Shown: piece after piece, positions 21,101 to 31,056 of the stretch
How positions within the stretch are numbered: the stretch's first letter is position 1
Layout of the letters: each line of letters begins with the position of its first letter
Assembly: GCA_937995785.1 (NCBI GenBank)
Contig: CALKJQ010000030.1
Location: forward strand, 353-64,352
Origin: Candidatus Kapaibacterium sp.
GTDB lineage: Bacteria; Bacteroidota; Ignavibacteria; Kapaibacteriales; UBA2268
DNA: 64,000 bases
Direction: 5' to 3'
Translations under genes and position numbers: made by a program
The notes under the pieces: generated by a model
Seen by the model: the letters and a program-made list of their open reading frames with translations, nothing else
What the model was told of the DNA's origin: nothing
Databases searched by the model: none

Positions 21101-21442
21101 GATAGTTGTTGTTTCGCCTTCTTTGAGAGTTACCGAGCGTGTTACTGTTTGATAGCCCAAGTATTTTACTTCAACTGTGTGTTTGCCAGCAGGGGCACGG
21201 AATTTGAAATTCCCATCTTTGTCTGTAACAGCACCTATACGAAGTTCGGGTACGGAAACAGATGCACCAGTTAATGCTTTTCCACTTTCTGCGTCGGTAA
21301 TTTTACCCGAAACGAAAGTGCCACTTTGCGCTAGCAGTTGTAGTCCACTTAACAAAATTGTAAATAGGACTACCAACACGGGAACAATAGCTTTTGCGAA
21401 CAATTTGTTGGTTCGCAGTAATTTGGTAGAGTTACTTGCCAT
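18155..21442 (-). CDS. SusC/RagA-family TonB-linked outer-membrane transporter
   Basis: After the signal there is a carboxypeptidase-regulatory-like domain (GKITDAESGKALTGASVSV). A plug region (ILKGAAAAALYGAKAGNGVVIITTK) and a long barrel ending in aromatic residues follow. It is paired with SusD. Confidence 0.85.
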   Translation of the reverse strand: MASNSTKLLRTNKLFAKAIVPVLVVLFTILLSGLQLLAQSGTFVSGKITDAESGKALTGASVSVPELRIGAVTDKDGNFKFRAPAGKHTVEVKYLGYQTVTRSVTLKEGETTTINIKLSQGSIRTNEIVVVGLSGEVDKNKLGNTIASVGNEAINNVVSSSAIDALSGRVLGANVTRSSGQPGAGTYVTLRGRKTMEGSSEPLYIVDGVVIDNTFIYDPSGTQQFSNRVTDINPEDIEDMQILKGAAAAALYGAKAGNGVVIITTKRGKFTSSDKPARISFKSSLQIDNKSGKIDLQKEFGQATPYQPYKPGSTNSWSTKKLPDGTPVFDHQEEPFRTAMSTENSLSISGGVPQFDYLINGTYANNQGYVEGSKLERTSVRANVGISLLPGVTVQTNNNYIYTNNDLPQDGSNTSGILLGALRTPPEFDNTIYLEADGVTQRRFASYDNPIWTQKFNKFNQKINRFLHSTEFKYMPLDWLTFNLRYGLDWYSYNYIERHAVGSATSPSRMGGIYKTRIENRQQNLDFTFNLNQSILDGDLEFNLVGGSQSIWYDRSSVGASATQTLAFFDEIAAGSTKDATSSMTQTEIQGLFGQLTTSYLDKYTITFGIRRDGSSTFGESQKFHTYPKASLSYVLSKEPFFEGLKGIFSNFRIRAAWGQAGSPDLPYAYATNNVYITNGNFDPWVESSDSKRGGFNGIRSSAVAGAKDINPETSTETEFGFDIGLLEDAVSLEFSYFRSDVEDLIMSLPAPASTGFTNMLKNGGAMWNKGFEIGLTARPFSTSDFSWVTRLNYTATTNEVTRLDADFYTLTGGFVGILNSAVKGMPLGTFQTAGWLRYDDAKAKDPANAGSKWAVSDAERAYYKQLTGRDYQNGDVRVSYWDPDAKEVVNDDYGMNYAGAPVQDPDLIFKYDPNPDFMISWSNDFTIFKDFTVSFLWDMVWGFDVWNGTKGALYNFGTHGDTRDRLDPWNDENGHPVYDFNPVIDGEAETPTIPNKVMKYRLYYNGFNINEPHIEDGSFIKLREIRLDYRWRGLEDWNISQITFSFAARNLLTITNYKGYDPEVNTFSLAEGRGVDYFTLPQVTSLRFGISINY

Positions 21443-21792
21443 AACAAGTCCTGTGTTTGTTAATAAAAATGTTATTTAAAGAGAACAAAAAAATTCACTG
21501 AATAATAATTTTTGATTTATATCTTTCCCAAGGCGTGAAATTACAAAAAAAAATATTAAAAAGCAAGTTTTATGTAATTTTTTTTACTACAAATTAATAC
21601 AGAATTAACTTTTTTGGAAAGTTGATGGTAATGAAGAAAGTAAGTTTTATCTATGAATTGCGTTCATATTGCCAAATATTCATAAATCGTTGTTAATAAA
21701 TCTTAATGTTTTAATGTTGGCTAAACACGAAAAAAAAATACTAATAAATGATAATATACGAGTGGGTATCGATAATTTACTATGATTATATC

Positions 21793-22293
21793 TTAGTTAT
21801 TGCCAATTTTCTTTAACTCATCCACTTCAGATTTAGTTAATATTTTTTCTAAATCTAGTAAGATAAGCAATCTATCCTCCAATTTGGCAATCGAGGTGAT
21901 GAAATCAGAATCTATTCCTGAAACCATTGTTGGTGGTGGTTCAGTTATTGATTTATTAATGCGAAGAACTTCGTTTACGCTATCGACGATAAAACCAATC
22001 ACTCTTTTGTCGATTTCCACAACAATAATGCGAGTATCTTTGTCGAGGGGTTTGGAAGGCATCCCAATTCGTTTCCGCATATAAATTATTGGAATTACTT
22101 TGCCTCTTAGATTAATCACTCCCTCCACGTAGTCGGGAGAATTGGGTACGCGTGTAATTTCCACCATCCTATTAATTTCTTGCACCCTAAGGATATCTAC
22201 ACCAAATTCTTCTTCGCCAATGTTGAAACTTACTAATTGAACAACTTCGTCGGCAATTGTTTTTGCACTTGCTACTTCACTTTGTTCGCTCAT
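21793..22293 (-). CDS. cheW: Chemotaxis coupling protein CheW (stand-alone)
   Basis: EEFGVDILRVQEINRMVEITRVPNSPDYVEGVINLRGKVIPI is a canonical CheW core. The start is placed at MSEQSEV (ATG at 22293), which is preceded by GGAGA. The track ORF extension would overlap the divergent gene. Confidence 0.8.
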   Translation of the reverse strand: MSEQSEVASAKTIADEVVQLVSFNIGEEEFGVDILRVQEINRMVEITRVPNSPDYVEGVINLRGKVIPIIYMRKRIGMPSKPLDKDTRIIVVEIDKRVIGFIVDSVNEVLRINKSITEPPPTMVSGIDSDFITSIAKLEDRLLILLDLEKILTKSEVDELKKIGNN

Positions 22294-22348
22294 TTGATTT
22301 TCTCCAAATTTTTTTTTGTAATTTAATAAAAAATAATTTATTACAAGT

Positions 22349-23071
22349 ATGAAAACTTTTTTTTTAACCGGCATATCTCGTGGAATTGGTTACGAAATAT
22401 TTAAATTACTCGGTAATGATAATCATTTTATCGGAATAACTCGAAATAAAATTAGATTTCTGCAAAATTTCCCTCTCAATATTTCCAAAAACAACGCTGA
22501 GATACTTGAATTGGACTTCGACATTAATGTAAACGAAAGCTGGAGCGAATATGTGGAGAGAATAAATATTATTGTTGATAATATCGATAATAATATTGAT
22601 GTATTTATAAATAATTCGGGAATTGCCCATTTTGCACCATTCGATGAATTCGGTTATGATATTATCAAATCCGAGTATTTTGTCAACACGATTGCCCCTA
22701 CTATATTATTAAAAAAAGTAGTTTCAAAGATGATTGAACAAAAAAAAGGATTAATTATAAACATTTCATCGATTGCCACCCAAAAGACATTTGAAAACGC
22801 CTCAATTTACAGTGCTTCAAAAAATTCAATCATAGGCTTGACCAAATCACTTCGGGAAGAAGTTAGAAAACATAATTTAAAAATAGTAAATTTATTTCTG
22901 GGTGCAACCAACACAGAAATATGGGATGAGCGTATTAGAAAGGAGAAAAACCATTTAATGATTTCACCCGAAAATGTTGCAAATATAATTCGAGAAATTA
23001 TAAAAATGTCTGAATATAACGATTTGATGGTCGAGGATATCACGATAAAGCCTAAATATGGCGACCTATGA
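22349..23071 (+). CDS. Short-chain dehydrogenase/reductase (SDR) family oxidoreductase
   Basis: The TGISRGIGYE cofactor motif and the catalytic YSASK motif are both present. Confidence 0.8.
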   Translation: MKTFFLTGISRGIGYEIFKLLGNDNHFIGITRNKIRFLQNFPLNISKNNAEILELDFDINVNESWSEYVERINIIVDNIDNNIDVFINNSGIAHFAPFDEFGYDIIKSEYFVNTIAPTILLKKVVSKMIEQKKGLIINISSIATQKTFENASIYSASKNSIIGLTKSLREEVRKHNLKIVNLFLGATNTEIWDERIRKEKNHLMISPENVANIIREIIKMSEYNDLMVEDITIKPKYGDL

Positions 23072-23755
23072 GATGACCTCTAATTTGCCATTCTTCAATA
23101 AAAACTTTCGAGTGGCCATTTGGGCAATTTCCACACTATGAGTGGCTATAACGAATGTTGTATCAAATTCAACGATTAAACTCAAAATCAAATCTAAGAA
23201 TAGAGCGGAATTAACTGCATCTAAATTGCCCGTTGGTTCGTCGGCAAGAACAATTTTGGGATTATTTATCAAAGCCCTTGCAATAGCAATTCTTTGCTGC
23301 TCACCTCCGGATAATGTTGAAGGCTTCTTATTTGCCTTATCTATCATTCCCACTTTTTCCAACAAATGTTCTGCTTTGAAATATGCGTCCTTTTTATCTA
23401 ATCCGGCAATTAAGGCGGGCATAGCGACGTTTTCGATAGAAGTAAATTCGGGAAGTAGATGGTGGAATTGAAAAATAAAACCAAAAAAAGTGTTTCTCAA
23501 TTTAGAGAGGAATTTATCTGATTGACTATATAAATTTGTTTGGATGCCGTTAAAAATAGTTACGGTGCCATTATCGGGCTTATCTAATCCACCAAGGATG
23601 TGTAATAGCGTGCTTTTGCCCGAACCCGAAACACCTTGTATGGAAATAAAATCTTTTTGATATACTAACAAATCCAAATCTACCAAAACTTGGGTGATTT
23701 CATCGGTACGACTTTTGTAGGATTTATTAATATTGGAAACTTTTAGTAATTCCAT
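23066..23755 (-). CDS. ABC transporter ATP-binding protein (LolD/MacB/FtsE-like), no permease adjacent
   Basis: Walker A GVSGSGKST, signature LSGGEQQR and Walker B VLADEPT are present. Confidence 0.8.
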   Translation of the reverse strand: MELLKVSNINKSYKSRTDEITQVLVDLDLLVYQKDFISIQGVSGSGKSTLLHILGGLDKPDNGTVTIFNGIQTNLYSQSDKFLSKLRNTFFGFIFQFHHLLPEFTSIENVAMPALIAGLDKKDAYFKAEHLLEKVGMIDKANKKPSTLSGGEQQRIAIARALINNPKIVLADEPTGNLDAVNSALFLDLILSLIVEFDTTFVIATHSVEIAQMATRKFLLKNGKLEVIS

Positions 23756-23864
23756 TGTTAGTGAATTAAGATATTATTTATTTGAAATATTAATGAATTA
23801 AAAATTGTAATATTGCAAATTACTAATAATGTGTTAATTTTGTAATTCGAAAGAACACAATCTT

Positions 23865-23940
23865 GGGGTCTTAGCTCAGTTTGGTCTAGAGCGCTTCCTT
23901 GACACGGAAGAGGTCGCTGGTTCGACTCCAGTAGATCCCA
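23865..23940 (+). tRNA. tRNA-Val (anticodon GAC)
   Basis: A manual cloverleaf fold works. The acceptor is GGGGTCT/AGATCCC with one G-U pair, the D arm is GCTC/GAGC, and the anticodon stem is CTTCC/GGAAG with loop TTGACAC. The T arm is GCTGG-TTCGACT-CCAGT and the discriminator is A. It is 76 nt long and CCA is not encoded. Confidence 0.85.
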
Positions 23941-24135
23941 CGACAACTTTAATTACTTCTCACATAGATAGCGACACTCCAATAAAGATATTTATGAATT
24001 TTTTAAGATCTCGCAGGAACCAGTAGCAAGATTATTTATATTCAAATTACATCCTGTTATATAATTTTATCCCTTCTTAATTTTATAATTTTAATTGCTA
24101 ATTTTGTAAAATTTATTTTATTAATGGGAAAATAA

Positions 24136-26841
24136 ATGAAAAAATTGCTTTACATATTAATAATCAGTGTATTTGCAACCATACCCGCTTGGTCACAAGC
24201 AACAATATCGGGCAAAGTAGTTTCTATCGATTCCGAAGAACCATTGATAGGAGCAAATGTATTCGTTGTAGGAACTAAGTATGGCGCACGAACAAATGCT
24301 AAAGGCGAATACACAATTTCGGAATTAAAAGCAGGAAGCTACACGCTAAAAGTAACCTATATAGGTTATAAACCAACCGAAAGGAAAGTGAATTTAAAAT
24401 CTAACGATAAACTAATATTGAATTTCGAATTGGAAATTGGAGCGTTGGAAAGTCAAGCTATTCAAGTTGTTGCAAGCCGAGCCCAATACCGGGAGACACC
24501 CGTTGCTTTTTCAGACATATCCAAGCAGCAAATAGTCGAAGAATTGGCAAGCCGTGATTTACCTATGCTTTTGAATAATACACCCGGAGTTTACGCAACC
24601 GAACAAGGAGGTGGCGCGGGCGACAGCCGAATTAATATTCGTGGATTTAATCAACGCAATGTTTCGGTGATGATAAATGGAGTTCCCGTAAATGATATGG
24701 AAAATGGATGGGTTTATTGGTCTAATTGGGATGGTTTGGCAGATGCAACATCTTCGTTGCAAGTTCAAAGGGGACTTGGTGCAAGCCGGATGGCAAACCC
24801 ATCTGTTGGTGGAACTATGAATATCGTTACCGATGCCGCTAATCAGAAACCAGGTGTATCGTTCAAGCAAGAATTTGGTATAGGTAATTTTCTTAAGTCA
24901 ACAATTATTGGGAACACTGGAAAAATAGGTGATTTTGCTGCCACTGTAACAGCAGTTCGAAAAACAGGCGACGGAGTTGTGAAAAATGTATGGACCGATG
25001 CTTGGGCTTATTATCTGGCTTTAAGCTACGACTTGAACGAAAACCATTCATTCGATTTTTATTTTACAGGCGCACCCCAAGAACACGGTCAACGCAGTTT
25101 TCGTCAACCAATTGCGAACTTTGATAAGGAATTAGCTCGCTCATCAGGAGTAGTGGATTCCGTCATTAACTTTTATACCGAATTTGGCTACGACTATAAT
25201 CCTAATTGGGGAGTAATAAAAATCAACCCTCAATATCCAATTCAACAATATTATGATGAAAAAGTTCAGAATTTCCGACAGGAAGGAATTTTGATGGCGG
25301 CAGAAAATTATTATCATAAACCGCAAGGAAATTTAAATTGGAATTGGAAAATGGCGCCACAAACAAGTTTGGCATCAGTGTTTTATTTCTCTCGCGGCAT
25401 TGGAGGAGGTTCGGGCACAGTCGGACAAATACCACAGATCTACAACAAATCACGCGAAGACAACGGGCAAATGGATTTCCAACAAATTTATGATTTTAAC
25501 ACAAGCGATCAATCAATCGATCCTCGCTATTCCAAAACACAACACAAGGCTAAAGCAATACTAAGGAATTCAGTAAATCAACACTATTGGTATGGATATT
25601 TGGGGACTTTGGAAACAAAGCCAATGGATCGATTTAGTTTACACACTGGTTTGGATTTGCGCTATTATCAGGGGCAGCATTGGCAAGAAGTTCGTAATTT
25701 GCTTGGAGCTGATTATTATTTCGACACTTCCGACAAAACACGCACAGATACCGCAAGTTGGATGAAAAGATTAGGCGATAAAATCAACTATAATTATGAT
25801 GGGTTGGTATCGTGGATAGGAGCGTTTGCCCAAGGTGAATACAAATTCGAAAAAGTAACATCCTACGTTAATTTGTCGCTATCAAATACGGGTTATAAGC
25901 GAGTTGATTATTTTAGAACGGAAGCAATGCCAAATGGACGCGAAACTAATTGGCAAAATTTCTTGGGCTACACGATAAAAATGGGAGCAAATTATAACAT
26001 TAACGAATACTTCAACGTTTTTGGAAATTTAGGTCATTATATCCGTCCGCCACTATATCAAAATGTGTTTTATAACGACAACTCTGTTTACGATAACGTA
26101 TTGACCGAAAAAGTAAACGCCATTGAATTAGGAGTTGGCTATAATACTCGCGATTTGAGAATTAATCTTAATGCATATTGGACACAATGGCGAGACCGCG
26201 CTTGGTACACTTCTTCCTACATCACCAATTCAGACGGTTCTCGGACATATTTCAATTATAATTTGCCCGGATTGGGAGCCGACCACAAGGGCGTAGAGTT
26301 AGATTTTAATTATAGGTTGAATAAATGGTTTAGGATTAATGGTATGTTGTCTGTTGGAGATTGGCGTTGGGCAAACGATGTTTTTGCAACATATTCGCCC
26401 GAGAACGTTGTGGATGCGAATGGTAATCCAATTACATTTACTAAAAACCTATATATTAAGGACATAAAAGTGAGCGATGCCGCCCAAACAACTGCATCAT
26501 TATCGGTTTATTTCTATCCAATAAAAAAGACCTCTATAATATTAACATATAATTATTTCACAAATTATTATGCAGATTTCAATCCTGAGTTTCGTAACAA
26601 TCCCAACGACAGAAAACAACCATGGCAGATACCTTCCTATGGTATGCTAAATGCTAAAATTTATTCCACTTTGCCAATAAATTTACCTGTGGACATCAGA
26701 GTTTTTGCTTCGGGTTTGAATATTCTGAATGCTAAATTTATTACCGATGCACGCGACGGAGCCGACCATACAGCAAATACTGCTCAGGTTTATGTTGGAT
26801 TGCCATTCCGTTGGAATTTTGGGGTTCAATTTAATTACTAA
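24136..26841 (+). CDS. TonB-dependent outer-membrane receptor (no SusD partner)
   Basis: It has a signal peptide, a carboxypeptidase-regulatory-like domain (GKVVSIDSEEPLIGANVFV) and a plug (RINIRGFNQRNVSVMINGVPVND). The barrel ends in FNY. Confidence 0.8.
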   Translation: MKKLLYILIISVFATIPAWSQATISGKVVSIDSEEPLIGANVFVVGTKYGARTNAKGEYTISELKAGSYTLKVTYIGYKPTERKVNLKSNDKLILNFELEIGALESQAIQVVASRAQYRETPVAFSDISKQQIVEELASRDLPMLLNNTPGVYATEQGGGAGDSRINIRGFNQRNVSVMINGVPVNDMENGWVYWSNWDGLADATSSLQVQRGLGASRMANPSVGGTMNIVTDAANQKPGVSFKQEFGIGNFLKSTIIGNTGKIGDFAATVTAVRKTGDGVVKNVWTDAWAYYLALSYDLNENHSFDFYFTGAPQEHGQRSFRQPIANFDKELARSSGVVDSVINFYTEFGYDYNPNWGVIKINPQYPIQQYYDEKVQNFRQEGILMAAENYYHKPQGNLNWNWKMAPQTSLASVFYFSRGIGGGSGTVGQIPQIYNKSREDNGQMDFQQIYDFNTSDQSIDPRYSKTQHKAKAILRNSVNQHYWYGYLGTLETKPMDRFSLHTGLDLRYYQGQHWQEVRNLLGADYYFDTSDKTRTDTASWMKRLGDKINYNYDGLVSWIGAFAQGEYKFEKVTSYVNLSLSNTGYKRVDYFRTEAMPNGRETNWQNFLGYTIKMGANYNINEYFNVFGNLGHYIRPPLYQNVFYNDNSVYDNVLTEKVNAIELGVGYNTRDLRINLNAYWTQWRDRAWYTSSYITNSDGSRTYFNYNLPGLGADHKGVELDFNYRLNKWFRINGMLSVGDWRWANDVFATYSPENVVDANGNPITFTKNLYIKDIKVSDAAQTTASLSVYFYPIKKTSIILTYNYFTNYYADFNPEFRNNPNDRKQPWQIPSYGMLNAKIYSTLPINLPVDIRVFASGLNILNAKFITDARDGADHTANTAQVYVGLPFRWNFGVQFNY

Positions 26842-26905
26842 AATGTTGATAACTATTTTTAGTTTACTAATTTAATCTTTCTTATTTTTGTATTTTTTTG
26901 GATAA

Positions 26906-28183
<1,278 letters not shown>

Positions 28184-28249
28184 TATTAAAACTATAATTG
28201 ATTTGAATAATTGTTATAGAAATAGGACTGTTCAGAGAATATTTTTATA

Positions 28250-29452
28250 TTAACATGGGTTTTTAAAATGCTCATATATTCTGCGGAATTCCACATCCCC
28301 ATATTTCTTGTTCATATATCGTTCGCGAATATTGTGGGCAGCGGAACTCATTTCGTCGGTTTTAATCCCCGCATTGCACGAGTTCCAAACTTCCAAAAAA
28401 GCGGCAAGATGGTCGGCCGCACGGATTAATGAGCCGTCGAAAGCGTTGAAGGAATCTTCGTTGTAAAGCGAATTTAATCCTTCCACCGTTTCAACAATTA
28501 CAATTTCTCCATCAGTAACAATTTTGTTTTTAAATTCATCAATTGTAAAATATTTGATTTCTTCAATCCAGTCAGGTTCTAACAATGGATAAATTTCTGC
28601 AATTGCCAATTCTTGTTCTAAATTTTTAATCAATTCATCCAATTCGGGCGAAGAAGTTTTAACAGGCGAGATTATATCGCGAGTAACGGCTTCGGGCAAA
28701 TCGTGGAACAAACCACCAAAAAAAGCATTGTAAAGTCGCTTGGGGCAAGCGTTATTTTGCCGAGCAAATAAATACGAAATAATAGCAACTAATAGCGAAT
28801 GTCCTAAAACTGATGTTTTTGGAACGCGTGGCAATTGTGCCCAACGATATTGAAATCGCAAATAACCAAACAAGTCCACAAAATGCTTAATTGGAAATGG
28901 TTCAGATAATTTTTGAATTCCTATTAAGTTGGTATATGGACTCATTCTATTGTCCAATTCCTTACGGATTTTTTCGATTTGGTAATTGCCCGGATTGGCG
29001 TTTTCGATTATTTTAAACTCCCAAATTGATGCGTAAATATGGGCAGCATTCAGTAATTTCAATTCGATGGAATCTTCTCGGTGTGATTGGAACAAAAAAC
29101 TTTTGAATTCCTCGAGTAGTTCGGGCTCTTCGAAAATCGAAGAATATTTGTTCAAAACAAATTCGTTTAATTTATCAAATACTTCGGGGCGTTTGGTAAT
29201 CTCGGCATAAATTGGCGATTTTATATCCGAAATTGCTATTCGACGAAGCATTTCGAATATTCCGTATGAAATCAATTTTGTCCAGTTAATCTGATAATTG
29301 TTCACTTCGTATTTAGCTAAGATGAATGCAATTAACATTTTATGGGAATGCTTATCGATTTCAATTAAATCCATCGGTCGGATTCTGTCATTCCATCGCT
29401 GGATGTGGAAACCGCGGAATATTTCGTTCAAAGTAAGATAGTTTACAAACAT
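28250..29452 (-). CDS. Tandem HD-domain phosphohydrolase (YfbR/5'-deoxynucleotidase-like); the N-terminal copy is degenerate
   Basis: The C-terminal half carries the metal ligands GHSLLV, LFHDLPE and RAADHL. The N-terminal half aligns to it (QRW/YRW, KHSHKMLIAF/GHSLLVAII, GIFEMLRR..DIKSP/GLFHDLPE..DIISP), but HD becomes EM and D becomes H. Confidence 0.65.
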   Translation of the reverse strand: MFVNYLTLNEIFRGFHIQRWNDRIRPMDLIEIDKHSHKMLIAFILAKYEVNNYQINWTKLISYGIFEMLRRIAISDIKSPIYAEITKRPEVFDKLNEFVLNKYSSIFEEPELLEEFKSFLFQSHREDSIELKLLNAAHIYASIWEFKIIENANPGNYQIEKIRKELDNRMSPYTNLIGIQKLSEPFPIKHFVDLFGYLRFQYRWAQLPRVPKTSVLGHSLLVAIISYLFARQNNACPKRLYNAFFGGLFHDLPEAVTRDIISPVKTSSPELDELIKNLEQELAIAEIYPLLEPDWIEEIKYFTIDEFKNKIVTDGEIVIVETVEGLNSLYNEDSFNAFDGSLIRAADHLAAFLEVWNSCNAGIKTDEMSSAAHNIRERYMNKKYGDVEFRRIYEHFKNPC

Positions 29453-29525
29453 TTTTTTGTTTAATTAATTAATTATTAATTCAAAATTAGTAATTTAATG
29501 TTTCTTACTAATTTTATATAAAGTA

Positions 29526-30917
29526 ATGCCAAAATTATTATTAGTAGATGACGATACGATGATTTTAAAGTTGTATAAACGTTATTTCGAAAAGCATTTC
29601 GAAGTTACAACTGCAAGCTCAGCGATTGAAGCATTAGAAATAATAAAAAAGAATTACAATCCCGAAGTAATTTTGTCGGACCATTTAATGCCCGAAATGG
29701 ATGGATCAGTTTTTTTAAATTCAATATCTACTTCTCACCCAAATACCGTCCGAATTTTAATGACAGCCGAAAGCGAACCCAGTAAACTTATTCCGAACGT
29801 TAACCAAGCAAAAGCGTTTATGTTCTTGATAAAACCAATTAAGGAAATTGATTTAGTTCAAGCTGTTAATATGGCGGCAAAGCATTATCGATTACTCATC
29901 CAAAATGAACAATTAATAAAAAAACTTGAGCAACAAAATAAAAAAATGACTCAAGAGATAGCAGTTTCGAGCAATGCAAGTTTTAATACTATGTATGAGA
30001 TTATATTAGGTTTGAAAGTATTTCGAGGTAATTATTTTTATAACCATTTTGAGGGTGTGGTTAGAATTGCTAATTATTTTATAGAAGAGATGAAACTCGG
30101 AGGGTCCATAAAACAAGAAATACTAAAAATCACTTTATATTATGAGCTAATGATGCTCACTTTCCCATCAAGACTTGCCTATAAAATTCCATTCCTACTG
30201 AAAGATAAAGATAGGACAGAATACATTGCCTATTTTGAAGACTTTTTGGATAAATTAAACAAAATCTCCCCGTATAATTTATTCAACCATATATGGGAGC
30301 ACGCCGATGGGTCTGGAATTCCAAAGAAACTAAAAGTAGATAAAATATCCATTGAATCGCAAATCTTCCAACTTTCTAACATTTATTTTCATATGCTTTA
30401 CGAATTACCAAATAGCGACCTCATTAATCGATTCAGTAACCTAACCTTTAAGTATCGTTACGAATCGGCTTTTGAAAAAATGAAAAAAGCTCAAAAATAT
30501 ATTTTAGAAAATATCAAATGGTTCAATGAAGATCTCATAAATGTTTTCCGTTTTGCAATTAAAGAAAATAAAGTGGATGCATTTCTGCCTATTCGAGAGA
30601 ATATAGAAGTAAAAAATAATGACTATATGCCTGAATTTGAGATATTAATGAAAGAATTGAATGAATACAGAGCCAAACAAGATAACGCCCCCGAAATTGT
30701 TCAAGAAGGTGACCAAAATTATGTTGTTAAATCTCTACAGCCACAGCAATTAGCAGTCGGAATGATAATCAATCAGAATATAGTTACTTTACAGAATTTT
30801 ACAGTTGCAAAAGTTGGGACTAAAATTACTACAACAATTCTCGACAATATTCACAACTTGTTTGAAAAAAAGCAATTGAAGGACGCAACTTCCATCGAAG
30901 TGAAAATTCCCGTTTAG
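29526..30917 (+). CDS. Response regulator: receiver domain plus degenerate HD-GYP-like output domain
   Basis: The receiver has DDD (8-10), D52, T80 and K103. The output aligns to HD-GYP blocks with substitutions, including WEHADGSGIP in place of HHExxDGxGYP. Confidence 0.65.
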   Translation: MPKLLLVDDDTMILKLYKRYFEKHFEVTTASSAIEALEIIKKNYNPEVILSDHLMPEMDGSVFLNSISTSHPNTVRILMTAESEPSKLIPNVNQAKAFMFLIKPIKEIDLVQAVNMAAKHYRLLIQNEQLIKKLEQQNKKMTQEIAVSSNASFNTMYEIILGLKVFRGNYFYNHFEGVVRIANYFIEEMKLGGSIKQEILKITLYYELMMLTFPSRLAYKIPFLLKDKDRTEYIAYFEDFLDKLNKISPYNLFNHIWEHADGSGIPKKLKVDKISIESQIFQLSNIYFHMLYELPNSDLINRFSNLTFKYRYESAFEKMKKAQKYILENIKWFNEDLINVFRFAIKENKVDAFLPIRENIEVKNNDYMPEFEILMKELNEYRAKQDNAPEIVQEGDQNYVVKSLQPQQLAVGMIINQNIVTLQNFTVAKVGTKITTTILDNIHNLFEKKQLKDATSIEVKIPV

Positions 30918-30940
30918 ACTTTTGTCTTATTTAAAAACAA

Positions 30941-30981
30941 AAAACCTTCCCTCAGATTTATGGATGCCAAAGGAAGGTTTT
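30941..30981. terminator. Putative bidirectional terminator
   Basis: AAAACCTTCC...GGAAGGTTTT is an 8-bp stem with an A-tract on one side and a T-tract on the other, but the loop is large (about 21 nt). It lies between convergent genes ending at 30917 and 31057. Confidence 0.4.
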
Positions 30982-31056
30982 ATTGTTTCTGAACCCTATA
31001 TCACCTAAAATTCATTTAGTTGCCATAGTTCAAAAAGCAGCAAATAGATTGAATTT

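Noticed and set aside
22294-22374. An N-terminal extension of the CheW ORF (MPVKKKVFILVINYF...).
   Set aside because: It would overlap the divergent SDR gene start (22349). The internal ATG at 22293 is preceded by GGAGA and gives a normal-length CheW.
23758-23946. A 62-aa minus-strand ORF.
   Set aside because: It is antisense to, and almost fully overlapped by, a well-folding tRNA-Val gene (23865-23940).
23941-24135. A possible genomic-island integration site downstream of tRNA-Val.
   Set aside because: No integrase follows the tRNA. There is no direct repeat of the tRNA 3' end, only a 7-nt CCAGTAG match at about 24021 that is compatible with chance. The downstream genes (a TonB-dependent receptor and purA) look like core genes.
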